Shown here: positions 46,561 to 54,144 of the stretch, piece by piece
Layout: each line of letters begins with the position of its first letter
Position numbering within the stretch: the first letter of the stretch is position 1
Virus record (IMG/VR): IMGVR_UViG_3300005530_000001
Source of the DNA: an uncultured virus (IMG/VR IMGVR_UViG_3300005530_000001)
Taxonomy: Duplodnaviria > Heunggongvirae > Uroviricota > Caudoviricetes
DNA length: 64,000 nt
Reading direction: 5' to 3' (one strand)
Position numbers and translations under genes: made by a program
Notes under the pieces: model-generated
What the model saw: the letters and a program-made list of their open reading frames with translations, nothing else
The model's database searches: none
What the model was told of the DNA's origin: nothing

Positions 46561-47103
46561 TCAACCCTCCTTGGAGCTTCGGTCGTTTTGCTCCCAAGCG
46601 GTTCCCTTCGAGAAAGACTCCCGCGGCGGGGGCACCATGCGCGCCCCGATGGCCTCGGCCAGTCCCTCGGGCCCGTAGTGCTCGGACAGGTGGCTCGTCT
46701 CGCTCCAGAGCGAGTAGCGGTGGCCCTCGTCGCGCCGCCCCACGAAGAACGGGGTGCCCGCCACCGGGATCAGACTGCTGCCGCTCGCCGCCGCCACCGC
46801 GGCCGTCACCGGCTCCAGGTACTTCGCCCGGAAGGCTGCCACCGCCTCGTGCGCGTAGTCCACGAACACGAAGCGGTTGCCGCCGGAGAGGATCTCGTGG
46901 CTGTATTCGTCGTAGCGGACCGACTCGTGCCCGTCCGCCACCGCCTTGACCGCGGCCAGCGGCACCGCCGGGTTCTTGATCCGGATGCGGATGCTGGAGC
47001 CCATCGAGTACAGGTCCGAGACCACCGAGACATCCCGGCCGGTCCAGCCGTACCGGGCCTTCAGGGTCTTTCGGATCGCCGCCGCCCGCTCCGTCGTCGT
47101 CAT
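46561..47103 (-). CDS. LPD29-like (large polyvalent protein domain) protein
   Basis: A..IRK.LK......VSV.S..YS.GSSI.I pattern; first gene after P3. Confidence 0.55.
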   Translation of the reverse strand: MTTTERAAAIRKTLKARYGWTGRDVSVVSDLYSMGSSIRIRIKNPAVPLAAVKAVADGHESVRYDEYSHEILSGGNRFVFVDYAHEAVAAFRAKYLEPVTAAVAAASGSSLIPVAGTPFFVGRRDEGHRYSLWSETSHLSEHYGPEGLAEAIGARMVPPPRESFSKGTAWEQNDRSSKEG

Positions 47104-47111
47104 CGCTTGGT

Positions 47112-47151
47112 CCCTCCACCCTCAATGTAGCACAGTCTATGTCCGAACGCT
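47112..47151 (-). promoter_or_regulatory. repeated early promoter P3 (degenerate -35)
   Basis: GGACA TAGACT GTGC TACATT GAGGGTGGAGG; no TTGAC. Confidence 0.7.
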
Positions 47152-47155
47152 GCCA

Positions 47156-47668
47156 TCAACCCCCGTTTCCGTCCACCGGGAAGATCCGGACCTCGTCGTA
47201 GCCCCGGGTCTTCCAGTCGGTGTAGCTGGTGGCCAGGGCCTTGTCGGCCAGGGTCCGGGAGTGGTGCCAGGAGACCGGCAGCCAGCCCGTGGGCTCGGGC
47301 GAGCGGCTCACCTCGATGCTCACGTTGCCCGAGCCATCGCAGCGCCCGCCCAGCTTCGCGGCCAGGGCGCACGTGGCGCGGTGGGCGCCGCGGAGCGGCT
47401 CGTGGGCGCGCCAGGTTGCGTCGAAGGCATCGTGCCAGGCCTTGACGGTGCTGGCTGTGAAGCTCATGCCCGCCCGCGCCGCCTTCAGCTTGGCGTCGAA
47501 GTCCGCCTCCAGGGCCCGCGCCTCGGGGCAGGGCTCGTAGCGGTGCTTCACCCGATCGCGACTCGGCCGCGCCTTGTCCAGGCGGCTGGCGATCACGAAG
47601 GTGTAGGGCCGCGGGGTGCGGCGGCTGCCCTTGGTCCCATCCGGGAAGGTCACGGTCAGCTTCTTCAT
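47156..47668 (-). CDS. hypothetical protein
   Basis: first gene after P4; start re-called at 47668. Confidence 0.65.
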   Translation of the reverse strand: MKKLTVTFPDGTKGSRRTPRPYTFVIASRLDKARPSRDRVKHRYEPCPEARALEADFDAKLKAARAGMSFTASTVKAWHDAFDATWRAHEPLRGAHRATCALAAKLGGRCDGSGNVSIEVSRSPEPTGWLPVSWHHSRTLADKALATSYTDWKTRGYDEVRIFPVDGNGG

Positions 47669-47671
47669 CGC

Positions 47672-47716
47672 TCTCTCCTTCCACCCCAAGTGTAGCACAG
47701 TCCAAGTCCAAGTCAA
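47672..47716 (-). promoter_or_regulatory. repeated early promoter P4
   Basis: TTGACT TGGACT TGGACT GTGC TACACT TGGGGTGGAAGGAG. Confidence 0.85.
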
Positions 47717-48234
47717 GGGGCGGCCACGGCCCGGGCCCGCTCCCTGGCGCCGACGATCCGGCGCCACCGCTTGACCTTGGTCGTGGCCAGCTTCAGCTTG
47801 CGCTCCCAGGCGGCCAGGGTGGCGCGCGCGGCGGCCAGCCGGTCGGCGCGAACCGCGACCGGGTCGGGCGGGGCCTTGGGCTTCGGGGGCTTCGACTTCA
47901 GCTTGCCGTCGAGCCAACCGTGGCGGACCACGTACTCGGCCATCTCGCGCTCCAGGGCGGCGTGGAAGCCGCCGTGGGGGCGGGTGCCGCCGATCGGCAG
48001 CCGGAGCCGCCGCTCGTCCCAGGTGTAGTGGGAGATGTCGTGGACCAGCCGCCACCAGCCGCGGGTCAGCGGGCGCTTGCCGGTCGGGTCGATCCAGCAG
48101 CGGCGCACGCGCCGGGCCCGCCAGGGCGTGTTGAAGGCCTTCCCCAGGCGCTTCGCCGCGCGCTCCGCTTCGACGCGCGTGATCGGCGGGATGCTGGCGG
48201 GCCAGACCTTGTTGACGGAGTCGTAGACGTTCAT
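47713..48234 (-). CDS. hypothetical protein with HDxxH...H metal motif and basic coiled coil
   Basis: GW..LVHDISH...PH...H resembles zincin/SprT-like sites; AAAGG RBS. Confidence 0.6.
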   Translation of the reverse strand: MNVYDSVNKVWPASIPPITRVEAERAAKRLGKAFNTPWRARRVRRCWIDPTGKRPLTRGWWRLVHDISHYTWDERRLRLPIGGTRPHGGFHAALEREMAEYVVRHGWLDGKLKSKPPKPKAPPDPVAVRADRLAAARATLAAWERKLKLATTKVKRWRRIVGARERARAVAAP

Positions 48235-48419
48235 CGCGCGCCGCCTTTCTTCAGGGCCGCGAGGAGGTGGCCGATCTCTTTCTCGGCCAGTTCCAGGGCG
48301 CGGATCGCGGTGGCCGTATCGGGTGGGGGCTCGCGGAGCGCTGTATCGGCACGGACCAGCCACAGCCGGGCCGTGTCGAGCGTGCCGAGTTTGTTGGCCA
48401 GGGTGCCGGGGTTCTTCAT
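48231..48419 (-). CDS. small helical protein
   Basis: start re-called at 48419; ATGA coupling. Confidence 0.55.
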   Translation of the reverse strand: MKNPGTLANKLGTLDTARLWLVRADTALREPPPDTATAIRALELAEKEIGHLLAALKKGGAR

Positions 48420-48556
48420 CGCGTCGCCTTTCGGTAGCCCAGCTTCCGCTCGCAGGGCTTGCAGACGTAAGTCAGCGTGCGAGCTTCGCCGACCACGTGC
48501 AGGTGGCAGCGTTTGATCTGGCCGCACTCGTCACACTTGCGGCTCACGCCCGCCAT
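48416..48556 (-). CDS. 46-aa zinc-finger micro-protein
   Basis: CDEC...C...CKPC; GAGGAGG RBS; absent from the ORF track. Confidence 0.6.
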   Translation of the reverse strand: MAGVSRKCDECGQIKRCHLHVVGEARTLTYVCKPCERKLGYRKATR

Positions 48557-48559
48557 CGC

Positions 48560-48781
48560 TCAGTCCTCCTCGCCCTTGCGGGCCCGGCACGTCGAGCAGC
48601 GCGCCGCACTGGTCTCGTCCCGATGATCGCCGCAGGTCGGCTTGCCGCAGTCCCCGCAGTAGGACAGCGCCAGATGGCCCGCGTCGGGGTGCAGCGAAAG
48701 CTCGACGCGGCAGACGTGGCAACGGCGCACGGGCGGGAACTCGCTCGGCTTGCCCTTCGGCTTCCGGGGGTAGAGGAGCAT
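48560..48781 (-). CDS. Cys-rich zinc-finger protein
   Basis: CHVC, CGDC, CGDH, CSTC. Confidence 0.65.
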   Translation of the reverse strand: MLLYPRKPKGKPSEFPPVRRCHVCRVELSLHPDAGHLALSYCGDCGKPTCGDHRDETSAARCSTCRARKGEED

Positions 48782-48784
48782 CGC

Positions 48785-48982
48785 TCAGCCCTCCACCGGG
48801 ACCGGCGTCCAGTCGGGCGCCGCCAGGATCTCCAGGGCCCAGCCGTTGGCCCGCGCCGCTAGGCCCTTCAGCACCTTCCGCGCGGCCTCGATCGTGCCGC
48901 CCTTGCCCACCGGCACCTTCAACTCGGGATGCGCGGGGTCGAACGTCACCACCACGAACTTCCGATCCGGCGTGATCTTCAT
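48785..48982 (-). CDS. hypothetical protein
   Basis: GGAGG RBS; start re-called at 48982. Confidence 0.6.
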   Translation of the reverse strand: MKITPDRKFVVVTFDPAHPELKVPVGKGGTIEAARKVLKGLAARANGWALEILAAPDWTPVPVEG

Positions 48983-49203
48983 GACGTGCCCTCCAGCACC
49001 GGGTAGAGCTTCCGGAACAGGCCCTCGGTCCGATGGGTCCGCGCGGTCTTCAGCACCCGCACGTAGGTCCGGTCGAACCCGGCCGCCGCGAGCCAGGGGA
49101 ACAGCCGCGCCCGCACCGCCCGCTCGCTGGAAGCCACCAGAGTCACGTGGAGCGTGGCACCGCCAGCGACGGAGGCGTAGACCTCGTACTTGTTGAGCTT
49201 CAT
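48979..49203 (-). CDS. hypothetical protein
   Basis: GGAGG RBS; 74 aa. Confidence 0.6.
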   Translation of the reverse strand: MKLNKYEVYASVAGGATLHVTLVASSERAVRARLFPWLAAAGFDRTYVRVLKTARTHRTEGLFRKLYPVLEGTS

Positions 49204-49205
49204 GG

Positions 49206-49457
49206 CTAGGCAGCCTCCGCGAGCTTCTTGGCCCGGCCCGCCGCCCGGAGCGCCTTCGCCCGGGTCGCCGCCGCGGGACCGGCCGTCGCCTCCAGGGCAT
49301 CCAGCCAGGCCTCGTACTCCGCGCCCAGCACCTCGGGCTCCTCCACCACCGGGGCCGGGAGCAGACCGAAGAGCGTCACCGCCTCACCGGCCAGGGCCGC
49401 CGCCTCCGGGGACTCGTACAGCCGCCCATCCCGCCAGGTCTTCAGGGGCCGTTTCAT
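49206..49457 (-). CDS. hypothetical protein
   Basis: first gene after P5. Confidence 0.6.
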   Translation of the reverse strand: MKRPLKTWRDGRLYESPEAAALAGEAVTLFGLLPAPVVEEPEVLGAEYEAWLDALEATAGPAAATRAKALRAAGRAKKLAEAA

Positions 49458-49467
49458 CGGGGGTCCA

Positions 49468-49527
49468 CCTTTCCGGAGGCTCTCTCCGCCTCCACCCCAA
49501 GGGTAGCACAGTCTATGTCCGTGTCAA
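49468..49527 (-). promoter_or_regulatory. repeated early promoter P5 with hairpin leader
   Basis: TTGACA CGGACA TAGACT GTGC TACCCT; leader identical to that of P1. Confidence 0.85.
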
Positions 49528-49617
49528 ACGCTATTTTCGCCTGGCGAATCAGCAGGTTGCGGCCCGGCTCCTCGGGCCTCCTGGGCTACCGCGGCGCGTC
49601 AATTCACCTGGGGGCCC

Positions 49618-49665
49618 TTGACTTGGACTTAGACTGTGCTAGACTGAGAGTGGAAGGAGAGAGCG
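49618..49665 (+). promoter_or_regulatory. repeated early promoter P6
   Basis: TTGACT TGGACT TAGACT GTGC TAGACT GAGAGTGGAAGGAG. Confidence 0.85.
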
Positions 49666-49860
49666 ATGAGGAACTCCTGGTCGGACGGGACGCTGATCGA
49701 GTCGGAGACCCCGCGGGCTCCCAAGGTACCCAGCCCGAAGACCCTGGCGAAGTGGATGGAGGACGGCGTGGCCAAGGCCACCGACGGTTGCCGGGTCGAG
49801 CCCGACGGGCGGTGCCCGCACGGCAAGCCCAGTTGGCTCCTGCGGCTGGGCCTGATCTGA
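49666..49860 (+). CDS. conserved small protein (ATDGC.VEPDG.CPHG.PSWL...GLI)
   Basis: 64 aa; first gene after P6. Confidence 0.75.
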   Translation: MRNSWSDGTLIESETPRAPKVPSPKTLAKWMEDGVAKATDGCRVEPDGRCPHGKPSWLLRLGLI

Positions 49861-49997
49861 GGAGGGCCGACACCGGGACTCACCATCTCGGGACGTGTCG
49901 GCGCGCCGGAGGCTCCCAGGTGACGACTTCGGGTGGTTCCCGAGGCGACACCCCGGGGGTCCCGGATCACCGCGGCGCGGGTCGTTCCCGCCCCTCC

Positions 49998-50054
49998 TTG
50001 ACTTGGACATAGACTGTGCTACACTGAGGGTGGAGGTAGGGAGGCCTCCTGGAT
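49998..50054 (+). promoter_or_regulatory. repeated early promoter P7
   Basis: TTGACT TGGACA TAGACT GTGC TACACT GAGGGTGGAGG. Confidence 0.85.
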
Positions 50055-50282
50055 ATGGCCAAGAACCTCTGCGGCAAGACTCGGAAGCCCGACAACCCCT
50101 ACGAGACCTGGAAGTCGGCCGACGGCACCTGGACCTGGAAGGTGCTCAAGAAGTACAGCGCCGACGACGACAAGCCCTACGCGCGCTGGTTCTGCTTCGT
50201 GACGAGCCCGTTCGTGCCGGACGGCGAGTACGGCGACACCTACGTGGCCGAGATCAAGCGGCACGCGGTGAAGGTGGGCTGA
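50055..50282 (+). CDS. conserved small protein (W.W.VLK.Y...YARWFC.V.SP)
   Basis: 75 aa; first gene after P7. Confidence 0.75.
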   Translation: MAKNLCGKTRKPDNPYETWKSADGTWTWKVLKKYSADDDKPYARWFCFVTSPFVPDGEYGDTYVAEIKRHAVKVG

Positions 50283-50286
50283 CACC

Positions 50287-50472
50287 ATGGCGACCCGGGG
50301 CCTCCGCCGGTCCGATGCCACCGAGCCCGTCCGGGTCATCGTGTGCGCCTGCGGCTGGTCGGGCGTCTACCGGACCCTGATCCTGGCCAACGAGGCCCAC
50401 GCCGACCACACGGCGTGCGCGCCCGCGGGCGACCACCGCTACGCCATCGGGAACCTGCCCCGGGCGGCTTGA
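50287..50472 (+). CDS. small zinc-binding protein (CACGW...H..H)
   Basis: 61 aa; stop lies in the P8 -35 box. Confidence 0.55.
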   Translation: MATRGLRRSDATEPVRVIVCACGWSGVYRTLILANEAHADHTACAPAGDHRYAIGNLPRAA

Positions 50473-50515
50473 CCTGGACATGGACTGTGCTAGACTTGGG
50501 ATGGAGGACAGAGCG
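50469..50515 (+). promoter_or_regulatory. repeated early promoter P8
   Basis: TTGACC TGGACA TGGACT GTGC TAGACT TGGGATGGAGG. Confidence 0.85.
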
Positions 50516-50668
50516 ATGAGCGGCCCCAAGAAGGTCCACTGGTTCTCGGCTCCCGGCAAGGCGCCCTGCGGGGCGACCGGCGCGCTGCGGTTCTCGATCA
50601 ACCCCTCGGAAATCACGTGCCCGCGTTGCCTCAAGGGCGCGGCCAAGAACTTCGGGAGGAAGACATGA
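50516..50668 (+). CDS. small zinc-binding protein
   Basis: H...CG...ITCPRC; first gene after P8. Confidence 0.65.
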   Translation: MSGPKKVHWFSAPGKAPCGATGALRFSINPSEITCPRCLKGAAKNFGRKT

Positions 50669-50898
50669 AGGCCCCCGCCAAGCCGATTGCGGATGCGTTC
50701 CTGGTCGAGCCCCATACCTGCGACGGCGATCACTTCCTGGTGGTCGACATCGACCCCGACGACCCCTACGGCAGCTTCAAGCGGCTGCCCGCGGGTCTGG
50801 AGTACGAGGGCCGGATCTACGGCAAGACGGGCTACAACAGCGATCGGAACCGGGCCTACTACAAGGCCGGGGTCCCGCTGGCGCGGAGGGTCCGGTGA
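50665..50898 (+). CDS. hypothetical protein
   Basis: GGAGG RBS; Y.G..YGKTG.NSD...AYYK. Confidence 0.65.
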   Translation: MKAPAKPIADAFLVEPHTCDGDHFLVVDIDPDDPYGSFKRLPAGLEYEGRIYGKTGYNSDRNRAYYKAGVPLARRVR

Positions 50899-51119
50899 AG
50901 AAGACCTACGTGATCCAGAAGCGCATCGTCCTCGCGCAGCGCACTGAGGTGTTCTGGTACGCGGGCCCACATCTCCACGGCGGGTCCCGCTGGATGCCAG
51001 GGCGCGACGAGGCGCACCGGCTGACCTTCAAGGACGCCGCCGCGCTCGTGAAGCGGTTCAACCAGATGTCGAGCCGCTTCGGCGACTTCAATCATCTCTA
51101 CTCGAAGGAGCCCGCATGA
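50895..51119 (+). CDS. hypothetical protein
   Basis: GGAGG RBS; GTGA coupling. Confidence 0.6.
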   Translation: MKKTYVIQKRIVLAQRTEVFWYAGPHLHGGSRWMPGRDEAHRLTFKDAAALVKRFNQMSSRFGDFNHLYSKEPA

Positions 51120-51304
51120 TGGCCAAGCCAGCGCTCTTCAGCGTGACCTACCTGGAGCACGGCTCTTCGCTCTGGCGGACCACGGTGGTGCGCGGGTGGG
51201 CCGCGCTCGCGGCAGTCGAGCGGCGCCTGCGACGGCGCGGACTGCGGCGCAGCAACGTCGCGAACCGGCGGTACGGAGTCTTCAACAGCGGGAGGGTCAC
51301 ATGA
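51116..51304 (+). CDS. basic hypothetical protein
   Basis: AAGGAG RBS; ATGA coupling. Confidence 0.55.
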   Translation: MMAKPALFSVTYLEHGSSLWRTTVVRGWAALAAVERRLRRRGLRRSNVANRRYGVFNSGRVT

Positions 51305-51582
51305 CCTACAGCATGCAGGCCGACCACGACGAGGAGCGCCGCATCGACGCCGCGATGGCCGAGGCCGCGGGGGCCGACCCCGCCCGGCCCGACATCATCG
51401 TGGAGCACCACGGCAGCCTCGCCATCCTGCGCGGCATGACCGACGCGGGCTACGCCTGGATCGAGGAGCATGTCTCCGGCGAGGGCTACCAGCCCTTCGG
51501 CCTCGGGGCCCGGCTGGTCGAGCCCCGCTACGTGCTGCCGATCCTGGAGGGGGCCATGGACGCTGGCCTGATCGTGGGATGA
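51301..51582 (+). CDS. hypothetical protein (HGS...L...T.A...W...VE.RY)
   Basis: GGAGG RBS; start re-called at 51301. Confidence 0.65.
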   Translation: MTYSMQADHDEERRIDAAMAEAAGADPARPDIIVEHHGSLAILRGMTDAGYAWIEEHVSGEGYQPFGLGARLVEPRYVLPILEGAMDAGLIVG

Positions 51583-51634
51583 GCTACGCCTACGACGTCG
51601 GCGCCCGGGCGCGTGCCCTGGACAAGCCACTGAG

Positions 51635-51682
51635 TTGACCTGGACATAGACTGTGCTACACTGAGGGTGGAAGGAGCGAGCG
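51635..51682 (+). promoter_or_regulatory. repeated early promoter P9
   Basis: TTGACC TGGACA TAGACT GTGC TACACT GAGGGTGGAAGGAG. Confidence 0.85.
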
Positions 51683-51853
51683 ATGAAAACCCGATACGCG
51701 GTGCGCGACGGCGTGGTGGTGGCCGAGGCCCTCCCGGACCCGGACTTCACGGCCCTGGAGGCGGCGGTGGTGGCAGCAGCGGTCGCAACAGCGGGGAAGC
51801 CGACCGAGGACCTCGTGGACTCCGCGGGGCACCGGATCGGGAACTACCTGTGA
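51683..51853 (+). CDS. 56-aa hypothetical protein
   Basis: first ORF after P9; absent from the ORF track. Confidence 0.6.
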   Translation: MKTRYAVRDGVVVAEALPDPDFTALEAAVVAAAVATAGKPTEDLVDSAGHRIGNYL

Positions 51854-51864
51854 GGGAGGGCGCC

Positions 51865-52188
51865 ATGACCTACCGGACCCTGACGAGTGACGAGGCCTCC
51901 CGGCACGGCACGAGCCTCCGGGGGTTCCTGCCTCCGATGCCCTACGCGCGCCTGATCGCGGCCTTCGGCGAGCCGACCTTCCGCTACGGCGACAAGGTGG
52001 AGGCCGAGTGGGTGATCGAGTTTGCGGACGGCACGCTGGCCACGGTCTACGACTACAAGATGGGCCCGCCGGTCGAGACCACGACGTCCTGGCACATCGG
52101 CGGCTACGAGGGAACCCCCGCGGTGGAGCGCGTGAGCGCGGCGCTCGGCGTGACCCCCGTGGGCATCGCGCGACACTACGGAGGCTGA
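51865..52188 (+). CDS. conserved phage protein (GTS..G...Y..L...FG.P...K...EW...T.YDYK...W.IGG)
   Basis: GGAGG RBS; start re-called at 51865. Confidence 0.7.
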   Translation: MTYRTLTSDEASRHGTSLRGFLPPMPYARLIAAFGEPTFRYGDKVEAEWVIEFADGTLATVYDYKMGPPVETTTSWHIGGYEGTPAVERVSAALGVTPVGIARHYGG

Positions 52189-52190
52189 CC

Positions 52191-52646
52191 ATGGGCTACT
52201 CGATCGACGCGCTGACCGGGCGCCTCTGCTGCGACAACTGCCCCAACTACACGGGCGTGCGCCGGGTGCGCTGCCCCTGGAATTACTGCCCCGCCGCGGC
52301 CCTTTGCCCGGACTGTCGAAAGGTCGTGCCCTACGGCAGCCGGAAGCCCGCGAACGTGGCCAAGTACCATCCGACCTGCGAGGCGGCGTCGGCCAGCTAC
52401 AAGGCGGAGCGCGAGCGGGAAGCCGCCCTGCTGGCCAGCGGGGCGGCGGTCCGCTGCTCGGCGCTCGGTGGTCGAGATGGCCGTGTCCACGTGCTCTTCA
52501 AGCGGCGGGACGGCTCGCGCGAGGGACGGTACATGAGCCACGCGACCTACGATGCGATCCCGCTCCGGACCCCCGCGACGATCGAGGACTACGCGAAGCT
52601 CGGCGCCCTGGAGCCCGCGCCGGTCGACTTCCACTGGAACCGATGA
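52191..52646 (+). CDS. Cys-rich hypothetical protein
   Basis: LCCD.C, CP..YC, LC..C; GGAGG RBS. Confidence 0.65.
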   Translation: MGYSIDALTGRLCCDNCPNYTGVRRVRCPWNYCPAAALCPDCRKVVPYGSRKPANVAKYHPTCEAASASYKAEREREAALLASGAAVRCSALGGRDGRVHVLFKRRDGSREGRYMSHATYDAIPLRTPATIEDYAKLGALEPAPVDFHWNR

Positions 52647-52774
52647 AGTAGGAGCGCTGCTACTGCTGCAACCGCGTCGAGAGCGCGAAGCGCCCGATGA
52701 AGCCCCGTGAGTGGCACGGGCGGCTGCGCATGATCTGCGACGAGTGCGCCGCCCAGGAGGAGGCCAAGCGATGA
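52643..52774 (+). pseudogene. zinc-finger micro-gene interrupted by TAG at codon 3
   Basis: ATG AAG TAG then ERCYCC...ICDEC; ATGA-coupled at both ends. Confidence 0.5.
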
Positions 52775-52938
52775 CTGGCATCTGGTATTGCAACGTCTGC
52801 CACGCGCAAAACTCGGTGGTCGATGGCGAGTGCCAATACTGCGAGTGCGGGGGTGCGGTCTGCGAGCGTGACAACTGCTCGGACCCGCGCCACTTCACCG
52901 TGCACGACGCCGACCATCTGGATGGGGCCGCGCCATGA
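52771..52938 (+). CDS. Cys-rich zinc-finger micro-protein
   Basis: W.C..C...N......C..C (RanBP2-like spacing); GGAGG RBS. Confidence 0.6.
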   Translation: MTGIWYCNVCHAQNSVVDGECQYCECGGAVCERDNCSDPRHFTVHDADHLDGAAP

Positions 52939-53243
52939 TCGACCACGTCCTGAGCGTGCGGGGCCAGGCCCGCCCGAGCCCCTACGGGGGCGTCGCCGTG
53001 GCCTACGCCTGTAGCTGTGGCCGGGCCTTCATCTCCGAGGCGCCGGAGCCGGTCTGCCCCGCGGCGATCGACTACGCGGCGGGACGGCGCGCGGGCCGGG
53101 CCGACAAGGCCGCGAAGCGGCGCCGGGTGCAGGAGTCCTGGATGACGGCGGCCTATCGCAAGGGCTACCTCTCGGGCCGCGGCCAGCAACTCAAGCCGAG
53201 TGAATCCGCTGAGCTTCCGCCAGCCCCGGAGCCCGTGCCATGA
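52935..53243 (+). CDS. hypothetical protein
   Basis: H...CSCG...C; AY.KGY..G; ATGA coupling. Confidence 0.55.
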   Translation: MIDHVLSVRGQARPSPYGGVAVAYACSCGRAFISEAPEPVCPAAIDYAAGRRAGRADKAAKRRRVQESWMTAAYRKGYLSGRGQQLKPSESAELPPAPEPVP

Positions 53244-53554
53244 GTCTCCACAACGAGGACCTGGAATCGGGCGAGTACCGCTGGATGGAGTACACGGTGC
53301 GGATGCTGGTGCCGGTGAGTGCGCTGCAGGCTCCGCCGGGCCGCGATGGGCTCACGATGGACGAGTGGTTCGAGCAGGAACACGCCGCCGCGATGACGGT
53401 CGACGTGCTCCAGGTCACGCCCGTCGGCCAGCCGGGCTGCTGTCAGATCTGCGGCCTGGTCACCATCGAGACGGCCGGGTTCCCGCACGGGGAGCATCGC
53501 TACAAGGCCGCGAGCTACTGCCCCGACTGCACGGGCGGCGAGGGCGTCGGATGA
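53240..53554 (+). CDS. hypothetical protein with CxxC pairs
   Basis: CCQIC, CPDC; ATGA coupling. Confidence 0.55.
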   Translation: MSLHNEDLESGEYRWMEYTVRMLVPVSALQAPPGRDGLTMDEWFEQEHAAAMTVDVLQVTPVGQPGCCQICGLVTIETAGFPHGEHRYKAASYCPDCTGGEGVG

Positions 53555-54144
53555 ACTCCGAGGCTGAGATCCTCGACATGCTGGTGGAGATCGCCCCGCC
53601 GATCATCGCGCTGCATTCCAAGCCCGAGGCGCGGGGCCGGTGCCTGCTGGCTGCCGCGGTCGGCTGCGAAGTCTGCCGCCACTTCGGGATCGCCGCCGCG
53701 CCGCTCTCGGTCGCGGTGGAGATCTACAACAAGGCCGCCGTCGACTGGATCACGGCGGGCCAGCCGGGCGGCGTCGAGGGCTACCAGGCCTGCGGCGCCT
53801 GGATCATCGTGATCGACCACGAGAACCGCCAGCCCCACGTCCGCGGCTGGCCGGGCCATCTCGTGGTCGAAATCGAGGGCGGGGGTGGGGGCATCCTCGA
53901 CCTGGACCTCCAGCAGTTCCAGCGTCCGGAGAAGCAGATCCTCCTGCCCCACGCCGCGAGCTTCGCGATCGATCCGGTTCGCCCCTGGCGCTACACCATC
54001 GGCGAGTCGCTGCTCTGCTACACCCCGCGCCGCGAGGATCAGAGCTTCCGGAAGACGCCGGGCTGGCGCATGGTCGGCCGGGGGTCGGCCGCCGCGGGCA
54101 TGGCGATCCGCACGATCAAGGAGCGGCTCCGGAGGCGCGCATGA
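53551..54144 (+). CDS. transglutaminase/papain-like fold protein
   Basis: C on helix (GRCLLAA), GHLVV, ILDL...QF give a Cys-His-Asp order. Confidence 0.5.
   Translation: MNSEAEILDMLVEIAPPIIALHSKPEARGRCLLAAAVGCEVCRHFGIAAAPLSVAVEIYNKAAVDWITAGQPGGVEGYQACGAWIIVIDHENRQPHVRGWPGHLVVEIEGGGGGILDLDLQQFQRPEKQILLPHAASFAIDPVRPWRYTIGESLLCYTPRREDQSFRKTPGWRMVGRGSAAAGMAIRTIKERLRRRA

Noticed and set aside
49861..49997. HDV-like ribozyme or tRNA
   Set aside because: Pairings cross, but the L3/P1.1 and J4/2 catalytic consensus and tRNA T/D-loop motifs were not found; kept only as a generic structured-RNA candidate
52649..52651. Genome-wide TAG reassignment
   Set aside because: TAG clearly terminates several genes (21560, 30912, 36837), with the next gene starting shortly after
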